Source: an uncultured Pseudobdellovibrionaceae bacterium (GTDB lineage: Bacteria; Bdellovibrionota; FAC87; UBA2466). From it: a DNA stretch of 64,000 bases. The translations under genes and the position numbers were made by a program. How positions within the stretch are numbered: position 1 is the stretch's first letter; each line of letters opens with the position of its first letter. The notes below the pieces were generated by a model. The model saw nothing but the letters and a program-made list of their open reading frames with translations, was not told the origin of the DNA and made no database searches. Location: assembly GCA_964492125.1 (NCBI GenBank), contig CAZBJE010000009.1, forward strand, positions 2,202 to 66,201, written 5' to 3'. Positions 34,585-44,570 of the stretch are shown here, piece after piece.

Positions 34585-36120
34585 GTGCTAGTAAGCCGCA
34601 TGTTTAAAACCGCACTACTGTCGTCGATTCTTTTGGCTAGCCCCTCTTTGCAGGCCTCTACCTACCCCTGGGATTTGACAGACTGCCTGGTTCAATTGGT
34701 TGGCAATAGGACCCAGGCAACCCCGTTGCTGCAAAAGGCCCGGGAACAAGAGCCTGTCATTCTGCAGCAGCTAATGAACCTCATGGCGATTGCGTCGGTG
34801 AGCCCCGATTCCAGCTCCAAAACTGAAATGCAGGCAGCGGCAGACGAGGTAGTTGCTTTTTACCAAGGAGTCGTGGGCGCACCGAGGGTACGAAAATTCA
34901 CGGTGAATGGCAGTCTTCCGTACGTGGTTGCGGAATCGGAGCAGCGCCCCGGCCTGCCAACGATTCTCTTTTATGCGCACTACGATGTAATGCCACCGGG
35001 ACCGGAAGACAAATGGACCATCACCCAACCCTTTCAACCCCGTATCATAGGGACATCGCTCTATGGTCGCGGCGCAGGCGATAACAAGGGCGGGGTTTAT
35101 GTCATCGGGGCGGCGCTCAAGCCGTTCCTCGATTCGGGTAACGCACTCGGCTTTAATTTTCGCGTGATTCTGGATGGCGAAGAGGAAATCGGTTCGCCGA
35201 ATTTCATCGAACTCACCAAACAGCACCCGGAACTTTTCAGTGATGCCGATATGGTGATCGCACCCGACGGTGTCAATCTACGTTCAGAAGTACCGACTAT
35301 TACCACTTCCTTGCGTGGCCTTTTGAAAGTTTCGGTTACCGTCACCGCCGGCGAAAAGGGCGTGCATTCGGGGATTTATGGAAATGCCTACCCCGATCCT
35401 CGTACCGCCGTAACCATGGCCACCGCAAAACTTTTTGATTCCGATAATGGAACGATTACGATCCCGTCGCTTTACCAAGGGTTGATCCCGGTCTCGGCGT
35501 CCGAGCAAGAAAGTCTCCGGCGTCTGCAAAACCGCGAGCAAGCCTTTCGGGCCAACGCCGGCCTACTGGAGCACGCCCAAATTCTCTCCCACGGCGTTTT
35601 TCCGATTGATGCACAATTAGCGCGTGAGACCTCGATTGCCATTTTGGGTATCGATGGAACCAATGGCCAGACGGCGACGATTCCGCCTTTTGCCCAAGCG
35701 CATTTGTCGGTTCGTGTTCCACCGGGGAAAGATCCCCAAGCTGTTCGCCGGGCTTTGGTCGAGCACTACCGAAAAAATACTCCATTCAATTTGCAGGTCG
35801 ACGTTTCCGAAGACCCCGGAGCCACCTACCCGTGGCACGCGGACGCCGACCACCCCGCCCTGAATTTGGTCGGCACGGCCCTCTCTTTTGGTTTTGGCAC
35901 CGAACCCACGCTCTTTATGGGATCGGGTGGCACCATTGGCTTGATGACGGTGTTGTCGCGCGCGACCAAGGGCGCGCCCCAAATGCTCATAGGTATCGAC
36001 GACCCCGATACTAATCTGCATGGGCCCGACGAGCAGCTGCATTTGCGCACTTTTGCCGGCAACCGAGATGGGCTCATTCACCTGCTCCATTCGCTTAGCC
36101 TGGCGCGTCGCTTTCCCTAG
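34585..36120 (+). CDS. M20-family metallopeptidase/dipeptidase with signal peptide
   Basis: Blocks ILFYAHYDVMP, GRGAGDNKGG and DGEEEIGSP. The start is either GTG 34585 or ATG 34600 (MFKTALLSSILLASPSLQA). Confidence 0.8.
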   Translation: MLVSRMFKTALLSSILLASPSLQASTYPWDLTDCLVQLVGNRTQATPLLQKAREQEPVILQQLMNLMAIASVSPDSSSKTEMQAAADEVVAFYQGVVGAPRVRKFTVNGSLPYVVAESEQRPGLPTILFYAHYDVMPPGPEDKWTITQPFQPRIIGTSLYGRGAGDNKGGVYVIGAALKPFLDSGNALGFNFRVILDGEEEIGSPNFIELTKQHPELFSDADMVIAPDGVNLRSEVPTITTSLRGLLKVSVTVTAGEKGVHSGIYGNAYPDPRTAVTMATAKLFDSDNGTITIPSLYQGLIPVSASEQESLRRLQNREQAFRANAGLLEHAQILSHGVFPIDAQLARETSIAILGIDGTNGQTATIPPFAQAHLSVRVPPGKDPQAVRRALVEHYRKNTPFNLQVDVSEDPGATYPWHADADHPALNLVGTALSFGFGTEPTLFMGSGGTIGLMTVLSRATKGAPQMLIGIDDPDTNLHGPDEQLHLRTFAGNRDGLIHLLHSLSLARRFP

Positions 36121-36164
36121 CAATCTCTCAATCTTTGCGGCTATTTAGCCGATAAGTAGGGCAG

Positions 36165-36992
36165 ATGCGCAAGCCCTTCATATTGCTGCTCTTAGTCTCG
36201 CTGGGTGCGTGCGCGTGGCCCAATCGCTATGCCGCCGAGAATGGAGATGGCGGTTATGCCGACGATAAATTCGATAAAGAGATCCGTATCGCCCGCTTTG
36301 CCGGCAATTCAAGCACCTCCTCTAAAAACGCCGACGTGCTCTCGCATTTTAGGGCGGTGGAAGTCTGCCTGGAGCTTGGCAATTTAATCGCCCGCTTCTG
36401 GGGCACTACCGACCGTTCGGTATCCCAAACCGTGCGCCAAAGCGCCGCCGCTTCTTACGTTTCGCCGAGCTACTTCACCAACCAAACCAGTGGCCACAGC
36501 GGCATCTGGGGGAGCTCCTTCGGAAACGACCATTTCAAAAATGAGCCGTTCAGCAAAACCGTGTTTGAGTACCCCACTTTCGACACCGCCTATAGCTGCA
36601 GCGCCCGCGCCTTTAGCCTAGGCGCCTCCTTTGGGCAGGTTCCGGCGGAGGAAATGAAACGGTTGGTAACCGATTCTCCCCAGGGCGTTCGCATCGAATC
36701 GTTCAACATCGGCTCCCAAAACCAAGCCTCCCTGCGGGTGGGGGATATCGTTTTCAAGATCAATGGCGTTCGAATGCTCAGTGTCGCTCAACTCGGGATA
36801 GCCGTGGACAGCGCGCCCAATAAGGAGCGTTTGGAACTCGCCATTCTACGCGCCGGCCGACCGCTCACCGTAACGGTAAAAGCGCTGGAAACCACCACCG
36901 AGGCGCGCTCCCTAAACCGCGTTATCATCAACCAAGCCTGCGCCATCTCCGAAGCCAACCACCGTCCTCTCTGTTCTTACTTATCCCGTTAA
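36165..36992 (+). CDS. lipoprotein with C-terminal PDZ-like domain
   Basis: Lipobox MRKPFILLLLVSLGAC. The C-terminal LRVGDIVFKINGVRMLSVAQLGIAV...LAILRAGRPLTVTVK is PDZ-like. Confidence 0.55.
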   Translation: MRKPFILLLLVSLGACAWPNRYAAENGDGGYADDKFDKEIRIARFAGNSSTSSKNADVLSHFRAVEVCLELGNLIARFWGTTDRSVSQTVRQSAAASYVSPSYFTNQTSGHSGIWGSSFGNDHFKNEPFSKTVFEYPTFDTAYSCSARAFSLGASFGQVPAEEMKRLVTDSPQGVRIESFNIGSQNQASLRVGDIVFKINGVRMLSVAQLGIAVDSAPNKERLELAILRAGRPLTVTVKALETTTEARSLNRVIINQACAISEANHRPLCSYLSR

Positions 36993-37034
36993 GATTTGCT
37001 ATGGTGCGTCACGTTTTTTACCATAGAGGTACTC

Positions 37035-39821
37035 GTGCGCGCTTTAGCCTGTTTCGTTCTCGTTTTCGTTGGCCTATCTAGCCCGTCTCAAGCGGCTACT
37101 AATGAATGCAGGGGCAGGATCATGCACCTGGGCGCCTTGCAGGGGGGGCTTACGGCCGAGCAGTTGGATCAGTCGCGGGTTGTGATAGAGAACCTGCAGA
37201 AAAATGGCCTGCTGTACTCCGCCTTAGCCGCCACATTGCAGGCGCAAGGTATCACCCCCCGGAACACCGAAACCTGGGCGGCGTTTGTGGCCGATTTTTA
37301 CATGGTCCCCCAACGAGACGCCATCATCGCCGAAACCACCAGCCGCTTGCTCTACGAGTTTTTCCAACCCCAGACCAAAACCCTGGAACAGGCCGTGGCT
37401 GCCAGCAAAGCCATTGGAATGGGCGCGCAACTTTTTCTAGAAACGCAGGCAACGTTGCGAACCCTTCTGCCTACGGTTCGCTGGAAAGACCTAGTGGAGC
37501 TAAAAATCTTCAGCGATTTCCCACTCGTCATAGAGGAATTGGCCGCGCGTATGCGCCGGTTATTCCCGCGCGCCAGTGTGCCGCTATTGGCGGGATTTCC
37601 CCCGAACTTGGATGAAGTGCTAAACTCTTACGCCGTTCTGCCCGCAGAGGTGGTTACTTTCGATGCGCAGTGGCGTTTGGATTGTGAAGACGCCAAGCAA
37701 GTCGACGCTGTAATCGAAAAACTCCGCGGTGCCTCTTTGCAGGAGTTGCCCGTGATGCGGCAGGCTGAGGACCGTGCGAAGTATTTCCGAGAGCTGTCCT
37801 GGGCCCAACACAAACAACGTCAATTTGTCGCCCAGCAAGATCTCGCCCGATCCGTGAGCCAACGGATCGAGCAAGTAGACGAAGAAGCCAAACAGCGCGA
37901 TGCCGCGGCCGCTTTGAAGGCGCTCACTGGAATCCAGGCGCGCGCTGCCGGCCTGCGCGAACGGCGCGACACACTGCTAGCCCGCGCTAGCCGTCAAGAG
38001 ACGCAATACGCCCGATACCAGCAGCTAACCAATCGAGATGAGGAGAAAACCTCGGCCGGGGTAAAAACGCTGCGCGAAGTAGCGGCCGCACGCCGCAAAT
38101 TTCTTGCTGCTCGCAAAGAGTGGCGCGCCAGCACGCGACCGATTGTCGCCAGACCGGCTTCTCAACCGCAGAATTTAGCTGTCGCGGTAAAGGTTCCGAT
38201 AGCGGAGCAGCTCAAGCGTGAATCTATCGCAGATGTTCTGTATGAGGACGAAATCGACCCAGATAAACTACACGATGCGATTACGCAGACCTCGCGTCGA
38301 TTGTCACCGGAAGAGTTCACGGAATTAGCTCTGTTCGCTCTCAACTTTCTGCAAACCGACGAGGACGTTTCTTACGAAGATACCGATTTAGTCAAAGTGG
38401 CCCAGAGTGTGCTGAAAGCCGCAAAGACTTTTGACCTCACCGAGCGACAAATCTCCACCCTGCGCATCCAGCTCAAAACTGTGGCCGACCGCTTGAGCGC
38501 CCCGGAAGACCACGAAGATGATGAAACCATCGCATACCTCCGTGCGACTCACTCTCTCGAATGGCTCTTGCCTTCAATGATTGACCGAAACCCCGAAGAG
38601 GCGTTGTCTCAAGAAGAACGCATTCTGCGCAAAGACAATTTCTTATTTGAAATGGGGCAGCTGAGCAAAGACCAAGACGACGAAGTCGAGGCTGCGCTCA
38701 ATTCGCTAGTCCGAAGAAGGGGCATCAGCCCAGAGCAGCTCACTCGGCAGCTGATTCTGTGGCTAGCAGAAGCGAATCCAGAAACAGATGAGCATCGCGC
38801 CGAACTGGTAAATAAACTTTGCACTTCCCTGTGGTCATACCAAGCCGGTCTTTCAGACGAGCAGATCGAACGGTTGCGCAATGAACTCAAGAAATTCACT
38901 GAAAACATCAGTGACAATGACGAGCTAGCAAAGGTAGGCGGCTTTTTACGCAACTCAAATTGGGACACCCTATCGAAACGCTTTGTCGTTGCACAGGATG
39001 AAGACTTAATCCCAGATGCACCTGCCGCAGTTGCAGCGGCCAATGGGAAACCAGTAGGTCCGGAAGTTTTGCCGAACGAAATCCAAGCTCTCCACGATCG
39101 CTGGCGCGCACTTGCCGAGGCTTCTCGCCCGCTGCGCGAAGATTCGGCTGTGATGGCTGCGTATAACCGCGAAAAACAAATCCGCGCCGATTTGCGCGCT
39201 GCACTCGCCACCCTGGATAAAGGCGACCCAAGCTCAGCGATAAATTCGGTGATGCTCACCTTGCGGTCGGCCCATACGGCACTTTCCATTGATCGGTTTA
39301 CGGCTTTGGTAGTCGATCTTGCAATAGTTCATACCTTTAAAAACAAACTTTCCCCCGACGACGAGAATTCGGAAACCCAATATATTGAGGAACTATTCGG
39401 GATGTTAAGGAGGCTTGGCTTGGGGAGCGCACAAGCGGCCCGCATTGCAGAAGCTAGCCTACACATTCTAAGAATTCTTGATGATGAAGAAACGGAACTT
39501 CTCTACGAAAAGTCCAGGCAGACTTTGCTTTCCTCCGCCTTCGATCTGCTTTTCACGCGGCCCAACGCCCTTGAGTCTGGCGACAGCGAGCGCGTTCAAT
39601 CAGCCTTGCGCAAGCTAATCGAAGTGCGCAACCAGCCCGACAACACACCGGACTACCAGCTGAGCATTTACTTAGCCAGTCCACGCTGGGTCAGCGCAGC
39701 GACCGGCTATCGGCAGGCCACCCTATCGAACCTAAGTGAAGTAGAAACGGAATTGGCCCAAGCCGAGGTCGACCTGCAACGGGCGCGGGCCGCAGTCGAG
39801 GCGATTGGGAACGCCCCGTAG
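37035..39821 (+). CDS. large secreted helical protein with internal ~110-aa repeats, function unknown
   Basis: GTG 37035 lies 6 nt after GAGG. Signal peptide (M)RALACFVLVFVGLSSPSQA. Repeated blocks RRLSPEEFTELALFALNFL...DLTERQISTLRIQLK and RGISPEQLTRQLILWLAEA...GLSDEQIERLRNELK. Confidence 0.6.
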   Translation: MRALACFVLVFVGLSSPSQAATNECRGRIMHLGALQGGLTAEQLDQSRVVIENLQKNGLLYSALAATLQAQGITPRNTETWAAFVADFYMVPQRDAIIAETTSRLLYEFFQPQTKTLEQAVAASKAIGMGAQLFLETQATLRTLLPTVRWKDLVELKIFSDFPLVIEELAARMRRLFPRASVPLLAGFPPNLDEVLNSYAVLPAEVVTFDAQWRLDCEDAKQVDAVIEKLRGASLQELPVMRQAEDRAKYFRELSWAQHKQRQFVAQQDLARSVSQRIEQVDEEAKQRDAAAALKALTGIQARAAGLRERRDTLLARASRQETQYARYQQLTNRDEEKTSAGVKTLREVAAARRKFLAARKEWRASTRPIVARPASQPQNLAVAVKVPIAEQLKRESIADVLYEDEIDPDKLHDAITQTSRRLSPEEFTELALFALNFLQTDEDVSYEDTDLVKVAQSVLKAAKTFDLTERQISTLRIQLKTVADRLSAPEDHEDDETIAYLRATHSLEWLLPSMIDRNPEEALSQEERILRKDNFLFEMGQLSKDQDDEVEAALNSLVRRRGISPEQLTRQLILWLAEANPETDEHRAELVNKLCTSLWSYQAGLSDEQIERLRNELKKFTENISDNDELAKVGGFLRNSNWDTLSKRFVVAQDEDLIPDAPAAVAAANGKPVGPEVLPNEIQALHDRWRALAEASRPLREDSAVMAAYNREKQIRADLRAALATLDKGDPSSAINSVMLTLRSAHTALSIDRFTALVVDLAIVHTFKNKLSPDDENSETQYIEELFGMLRRLGLGSAQAARIAEASLHILRILDDEETELLYEKSRQTLLSSAFDLLFTRPNALESGDSERVQSALRKLIEVRNQPDNTPDYQLSIYLASPRWVSAATGYRQATLSNLSEVETELAQAEVDLQRARAAVEAIGNAP

Positions 39822-40729
39822 TGCAAGCGCTCACTTTCATTCTTCTAACGCTGGCTTTGCCCGCCTGGGCAGGACCTCCGATAGACGGATCCAATCCTTA
39901 TTCTCCTCCTCAATCCCCGGCAGTGGAATTGGATCACCGATCCCTATGGCCAAACCTTGTCAATCTGAGTCGGGATTTTGACGAGCAAGCCCGCGCCCTC
40001 AGTTCGGACCCAGATAAATCGCAATTCAGGCAGCGGCTGGGTACTCTCGCCCAGACGACAGCCGATAGCGCCCGCGCTGTTTTGCGCAGTACCTTTCCCT
40101 CAGCGAAGGATGCGGACTTGCGAAACAGTTTCGCGGTGACACCCCCTTCGGCGCTGATGGAGCTCGAGACGATCATTCGGGCGACGATTCTGGAACGGAC
40201 CGACGTGCCGACCCTGATGGCCTATCGCCAAACTTACCAAAATGACCTGCGCACTAACCCGGAGTTGCGCGCTCTTGAGCGGGATATTTTGATCACCCTG
40301 TTTGGGTTGGGCGGAATGCTCTATCTGCAGAATCGCCTCTCACTAAAACGAATCGCGCCTAATCTAACCACGGTGGGGATCGGTTTTATTGCCGGCGGTA
40401 TGCTTGCGCTGGGGCTTACGGCAACCGACATGGGCATCGCGTATCTTACGGCTCACCCTCGCGTAGCAGTCGGCCTGCTAGGGTTTCTCTATGGCGCCCC
40501 AACCGTGATCCGCGCCACTCTCAACACACTTTTCGGAACCCGGCGAGCCAGGGATGGCCTTGTGGCGATGGAATCGGTTTTGGGCAGCCCTGCACTATCG
40601 GTCGTGGATTACCGGATTCTAGCGACACATAGCGACGCCGCTCAACGTTTGGCGAGCTCCTGGCATCCCCGTTGCCGGCATATTCTGGAAGCACTCAACG
40701 GCGCGAGCCGCTGGGACGAAGTGAAGTAA
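39821..40729 (+). CDS. membrane protein, function unknown (signal peptide plus 3 TM segments)
   Basis: GTG start overlaps the upstream stop (TAGTG). MQALTFILLTLALPAWA. Hydrophobic segments include GIGFIAGGMLALGLTATDMGIAYL. Confidence 0.55.
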   Translation: MQALTFILLTLALPAWAGPPIDGSNPYSPPQSPAVELDHRSLWPNLVNLSRDFDEQARALSSDPDKSQFRQRLGTLAQTTADSARAVLRSTFPSAKDADLRNSFAVTPPSALMELETIIRATILERTDVPTLMAYRQTYQNDLRTNPELRALERDILITLFGLGGMLYLQNRLSLKRIAPNLTTVGIGFIAGGMLALGLTATDMGIAYLTAHPRVAVGLLGFLYGAPTVIRATLNTLFGTRRARDGLVAMESVLGSPALSVVDYRILATHSDAAQRLASSWHPRCRHILEALNGASRWDEVK

Positions 40730-41162
40730 CCCTCCTCGCAAGATCGTGCCGCCAACCAATTAGAAAGAGAAACTCGGCCCCCAAAAAAACCGGGGCGTTG
40801 AAAATCTGAGTCAGGTTGTCCACAAAGGCGGGTTTGCGGCCCTCCCAATAGTGCCCCAGAAACTGAAACGCCCACCCAACGATAAACGCGGTGGCCGAGG
40901 TCGCATAGGCACGTGGCCCTGAAAAATACTGGGCTACCCCGCAAAGTGCAGCGAATACACCGCCTAAGAAAATACCTAAGCCAAAATCAAAACGGCAATA
41001 ATACACCGTGGCCGCCGCCGTCAGTGCAGCGCCCAGCCAAAGGGGCAGCAGAAGTAGGACCGAAAAAACCAAGAGCGGCACGCCGATAAAATGGGTGATC
41101 TGATTGCGGCGATCCCGGTGGTAGGGACCATACGCAGCAAAGCAATCCTCAAGGCGCGGCAT
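40695..41162 (-). CDS. DUF962 / Mpo1-like membrane protein
   Basis: YHRDRRNQITHFIGVPLL and GHYWEGRKPAFVDNLTQIFNAPVFL are family-typical blocks. Confidence 0.7.
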   Translation of the reverse strand: MPRLEDCFAAYGPYHRDRRNQITHFIGVPLLVFSVLLLLPLWLGAALTAAATVYYCRFDFGLGIFLGGVFAALCGVAQYFSGPRAYATSATAFIVGWAFQFLGHYWEGRKPAFVDNLTQIFNAPVFLGAEFLFLIGWRHDLARRVTSLRPSGSRR

Positions 41163-41168
41163 CGGATT

Positions 41169-41909
41169 TTAATGGTTAATAGGACGCAGGATGCGAATAC
41201 GGCGGTCCGCAATTTGCGGATCGGTAATGGAATATTTGCGAAGCAAATTTTCCACTTCTTGCCCGGTCAAAGGCTTGCGGATTTTTAGAATGAAAAACAC
41301 CGTATACAAAAGGATCAAAAAATCCATGCGCAGAGAATAAGTCTCTAGCGCGTGTTGGCAGTAGGCGCTCTCAACGCGCAAGCGCACATCGTCTGGCACG
41401 CAATCGCGGTGCATGACTTGAGCAAAGCCGGTGAGCCCTGCCTTGGTTAAGAAACGCTCTTCAACGTTACTGTGTTTTTCTTTCAGCGCTGTGATCACGT
41501 TTTCGGGCAACGGACGGCTGCCCACCAAACTCATTTTGCCGGTTACCACGTGCAGGAGCTGGGGCAATTCAGTCAGCGAGAACCGCTCATATAAACGCCC
41601 CATCGGGGTGTAAAGCGGCGAACTGGCCGGGATGTTCAAAAAGCGTTGCTGCTCTACCGGAATCGTTTCGCGGTTGGCGATTTGGGAGGCGTTGCGGACC
41701 ATGGTGCGGAATTTCAAAACGAGCAGGTGACGCCCCTGGAAAATGCGGCGTTCAGAGCGATAGAAAATCGGAAGTCCCGAAAAGATCAGATTCAGCAGGG
41801 CCAATACCAGAAACAACGGCACCCAAAGCGGCGCCGCAGCCAGGCAAACCACCAGGTCGAAGGCCCGTTTCTTGGCGAGGTTCACAGCTTCACTGCGGAT
41901 CTTGGACAT
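41169..41909 (-). CDS. polyprenyl-phosphate sugar-phosphate transferase (bacterial sugar transferase, PglC/WbaP-type)
   Basis: KRAFDLVVCLAAAPLWVPLFLVLALLNLIFSG...PIFYRSER, LKFRTMV and LPQLLHVVTGKMSLVGSRPL. Confidence 0.85.
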   Translation of the reverse strand: MSKIRSEAVNLAKKRAFDLVVCLAAAPLWVPLFLVLALLNLIFSGLPIFYRSERRIFQGRHLLVLKFRTMVRNASQIANRETIPVEQQRFLNIPASSPLYTPMGRLYERFSLTELPQLLHVVTGKMSLVGSRPLPENVITALKEKHSNVEERFLTKAGLTGFAQVMHRDCVPDDVRLRVESAYCQHALETYSLRMDFLILLYTVFFILKIRKPLTGQEVENLLRKYSITDPQIADRRIRILRPINH

Positions 41910-41919
41910 AATGACGTCC

Positions 41920-42564
41920 TCATACCATGCGGGAAAGCGTTAGACCACGCAGGAACAGCAAAATTCGGCTGTCCCAACCTACCACCCTGCGTCGGCAAAC
42001 GCGCCGCGCTAGGACCATCTTCGCCACCAACTCGGCCGCCCGACTATAAGGGGTATGGACCCGCTGCCGGAGCCCACCCTTCTCCACCAAACGCCCGGGG
42101 TAAACCACCGAAAGCGAGGCTCCCTTAGAACGCGCCACCCAGGCATCCAATGCCCCCTCGACCAGCAGCTTCCATCCCGCATAATACCGGCGGGATCGGC
42201 GCGGGGCCAAAGCAAGGACACTGGATAGGTAAACCACGTGCACGGGCTGTGGGGCGTAAAGAGCAAGCAAGGTCTGCAAGAAGTCGAGATCGGCAAAGCC
42301 ACTTTCCAAATCGCGGTCCGTCCGCGGGGCCCCGGTATGTACGGGCCCCAGAGCGAAGCAAACCACCGCAACCTCGGTGGCGTCGGGCAGCTCGCAAGCC
42401 GGATCCCAGGCGCGCAAGAGCTTTGCGCCGGGGTACATTTTCTTTAGCAAATCGAAATCCCGCTCATGCCGTGCGACGAGCGCGACGTCTTGGGCGCGGA
42501 CTTCTGGCAGCGCAAGAAAAGCCTGCGCCAAGCGGGTTTTAGGGCCTTGGATGACTAACAGCAC
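41920..42564 (-). CDS. SDR-like protein with degenerate nucleotide-binding motif
   Basis: VVYLSS...YYAGWKLLVE gives an S...YxxxK pattern. The N-terminal Gly-rich motif is absent (LLVIQGPKTRLAQAF). Confidence 0.35.
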   Translation of the reverse strand: MLLVIQGPKTRLAQAFLALPEVRAQDVALVARHERDFDLLKKMYPGAKLLRAWDPACELPDATEVAVVCFALGPVHTGAPRTDRDLESGFADLDFLQTLLALYAPQPVHVVYLSSVLALAPRRSRRYYAGWKLLVEGALDAWVARSKGASLSVVYPGRLVEKGGLRQRVHTPYSRAAELVAKMVLARRVCRRRVVGWDSRILLFLRGLTLSRMV

Positions 42565-42637
42565 GGTCGCCTCGTGGGAAAGAGCCTACCATTTTCTGGC
42601 CGAACAGGCGTAGGATGCCGATATTGGGGCGAAAAAA

Positions 42638-43333
42638 ATGAACAAACAAGTGCGAAACGCCGAAGAGGCGGTCCGAGATATTCCGGATGGGGCGGTACTC
42701 GCCATCGGTGGATTTGGGCTTTGCGGGATTCCCGAAAACTGCTTGGCGGCGCTCGTCCAAAAAGGCGTCAAGAACCTCACTTGCATTTCCAATAATGCGG
42801 GGGTGGATGATTTTGGAATTGGCTTGTTGCTGCAAAAGCGGCAGGTCAAAAAAATGATCTCCAGTTACGTCGGCGAAAACAAACTCTTCGAACAGCTCGT
42901 GCTCTCGGGCGAATTGGAATTGGAACTCACTCCCCAAGGCACCTTGGCCGAAAAACTCCGCGCGGGCGGGGCCGGAATCCCAGCGTTTTTCACCGCGACT
43001 GGCTACGGCACACAAATCGCCGACGGCAAGGAAACGCGCGAAATTCGCGGCCGCCATTATGTTCTCGAACATTCTCTCTTCGCCGACTTTGCGCTCGTAA
43101 AAGCCTGGAAGGGCGACACCATGGGGAATTTAGTTTTTCGTGGCACCGCCCGCAATTTCAACCCGATGGTCGCCACCGCCAGCTACCGCACGATTGCAGA
43201 GGTGGAAGAACTGGTGCCGGCCGGCGAACTCGATCCCGACCACATTCACGTACCGGGGCTTTACGTAAAACGGATTTTCCAGGGCAGCGACTACCAAAAA
43301 CGGATCGAAAAACGGACTACCCGAAAGGCTTAA
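42638..43333 (+). CDS. scoA: 3-oxoacid CoA-transferase subunit A
   Basis: [23 protein letters not shown] and [15 protein letters not shown]...SYVGENK. Confidence 0.9.
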   Translation: MNKQVRNAEEAVRDIPDGAVLAIGGFGLCGIPENCLAALVQKGVKNLTCISNNAGVDDFGIGLLLQKRQVKKMISSYVGENKLFEQLVLSGELELELTPQGTLAEKLRAGGAGIPAFFTATGYGTQIADGKETREIRGRHYVLEHSLFADFALVKAWKGDTMGNLVFRGTARNFNPMVATASYRTIAEVEELVPAGELDPDHIHVPGLYVKRIFQGSDYQKRIEKRTTRKA

Positions 43334-43334
43334 T

Positions 43335-43991
43335 ATGCCCCTCACTCGAGAACAAATCGCGATGCGCATCGCGCGCGAATTAAAAGACGGCAACTATGTC
43401 AACTTGGGTATTGGCATTCCCACGCTAGTTGCTAACTACATCCCCAAGGGAATCGAAGTCGTTTTGCAAAGTGAGAATGGGATCTTGGGCATCGGGCCCT
43501 ACCCCACCGAAGCAGAAGTAGACGCCGATTACATTAACGCCGGCAAAGAAACCATCACGACCATGAAAGGCTCGTCCATTTTCTCCAGCGCCGATTCATT
43601 TGCCATGATCCGAGGCGGCCATATGGACCTCACCGTGATGGGCGCGATGGAAGTGGACGAAACCGGCAGCATCGCAAACTGGATTATCCCGGGCAAAATG
43701 GTGAAGGGAATGGGCGGAGCGATGGATTTGGTGGCCTCCGGCAGTCGACTGATAGTAGCCATGCAGCACGTCTCCAAAACCGGCGAAAGCAAGATTTTAC
43801 CCAAATGCACGTTGCCGCTCACGGGGGTTCGGGTGGCCAAACAAATCGTGACGGAGCTCGCGGTCATCGACGTGACAGATCAAGGCTTGGTGTTAAGAGA
43901 AAGAGCGCCTGGCGTTTCGATTGAGGAAATAACCCGAGCCACTGCCGCCAAGTTGACGGTGCCCGCGAACGTGCCCGAAATCGTGTTTTAA
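43335..43991 (+). CDS. scoB: 3-oxoacid CoA-transferase subunit B
   Basis: [21 protein letters not shown] and [11 protein letters not shown]. It directly follows scoA. Confidence 0.9.
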   Translation: MPLTREQIAMRIARELKDGNYVNLGIGIPTLVANYIPKGIEVVLQSENGILGIGPYPTEAEVDADYINAGKETITTMKGSSIFSSADSFAMIRGGHMDLTVMGAMEVDETGSIANWIIPGKMVKGMGGAMDLVASGSRLIVAMQHVSKTGESKILPKCTLPLTGVRVAKQIVTELAVIDVTDQGLVLRERAPGVSIEEITRATAAKLTVPANVPEIVF

Positions 43992-44518
43992 GCCGCGTCC
44001 GCGCAGCACTTCTTGTATTTTTTGCCGCTGCCACAGGTGCAGGGATCGTTGCGGCCGATTTTGGGGCTGGTGCGCACGGAGGTGACCACCGGAGCGTGCT
44101 CGTGGTGCCCTTCTCCGGCTTTGTGGGTATGGGCATCCCCCTCTACAAATAGCCAGGCACCTTGCTTATCCCGGCGGAACTCGGCCACTTCGTGGTGGTC
44201 GATGCCCTCCCCCTTGATTTCGTAGGTGGCGGTGAATTCGACCATTCCGGTTTTGTCGTCGGGGCCACCGTCTTTGGTATCGATAATCTTCAGCCCCAAC
44301 CACTTGGCTTGTTCGGCCCAGTCTTGGGTGCCTTTTTCGTCAAAATCTTTCTTGGCTTCGGGAGCCATCGTTTTTTTGATGTAGTCGATATCCGCCCGAG
44401 TGAAGGCCGAGTAGCGCGAACGCATCAGGGCTTCGGCGGTTTCGGGGACTGCTTTACCTTCCAGGAAGGGGCCGCAGCACTTTTCAAAAGACTTTTCGTT
44501 TCCACACGCACAGTTCAT
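43988..44518 (-). CDS. ychJ: YchJ-family protein (SEC-C motifs flanking an NTF2-like domain)
   Basis: N-terminal [15 protein letters not shown] and C-terminal [17 protein letters not shown]. Confidence 0.8.
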   Translation of the reverse strand: MNCACGNEKSFEKCCGPFLEGKAVPETAEALMRSRYSAFTRADIDYIKKTMAPEAKKDFDEKGTQDWAEQAKWLGLKIIDTKDGGPDDKTGMVEFTATYEIKGEGIDHHEVAEFRRDKQGAWLFVEGDAHTHKAGEGHHEHAPVVTSVRTSPKIGRNDPCTCGSGKKYKKCCADAA

Positions 44519-44570
44519 GCCTCGTTTCTAGCCGCGAAAAAGACGAAAAGCACTCCCTTTTTGAGGTCGC

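Noticed and set aside
40661-40675. A second good sigma54 core, TGGCAT-N5-TTGC, on the plus strand.
   Set aside because: It lies inside the 3' end of CDS 39821-40729. No plus-strand gene follows for about 2 kb, so it would only drive antisense RNA over three minus-strand genes. Most likely a chance match.
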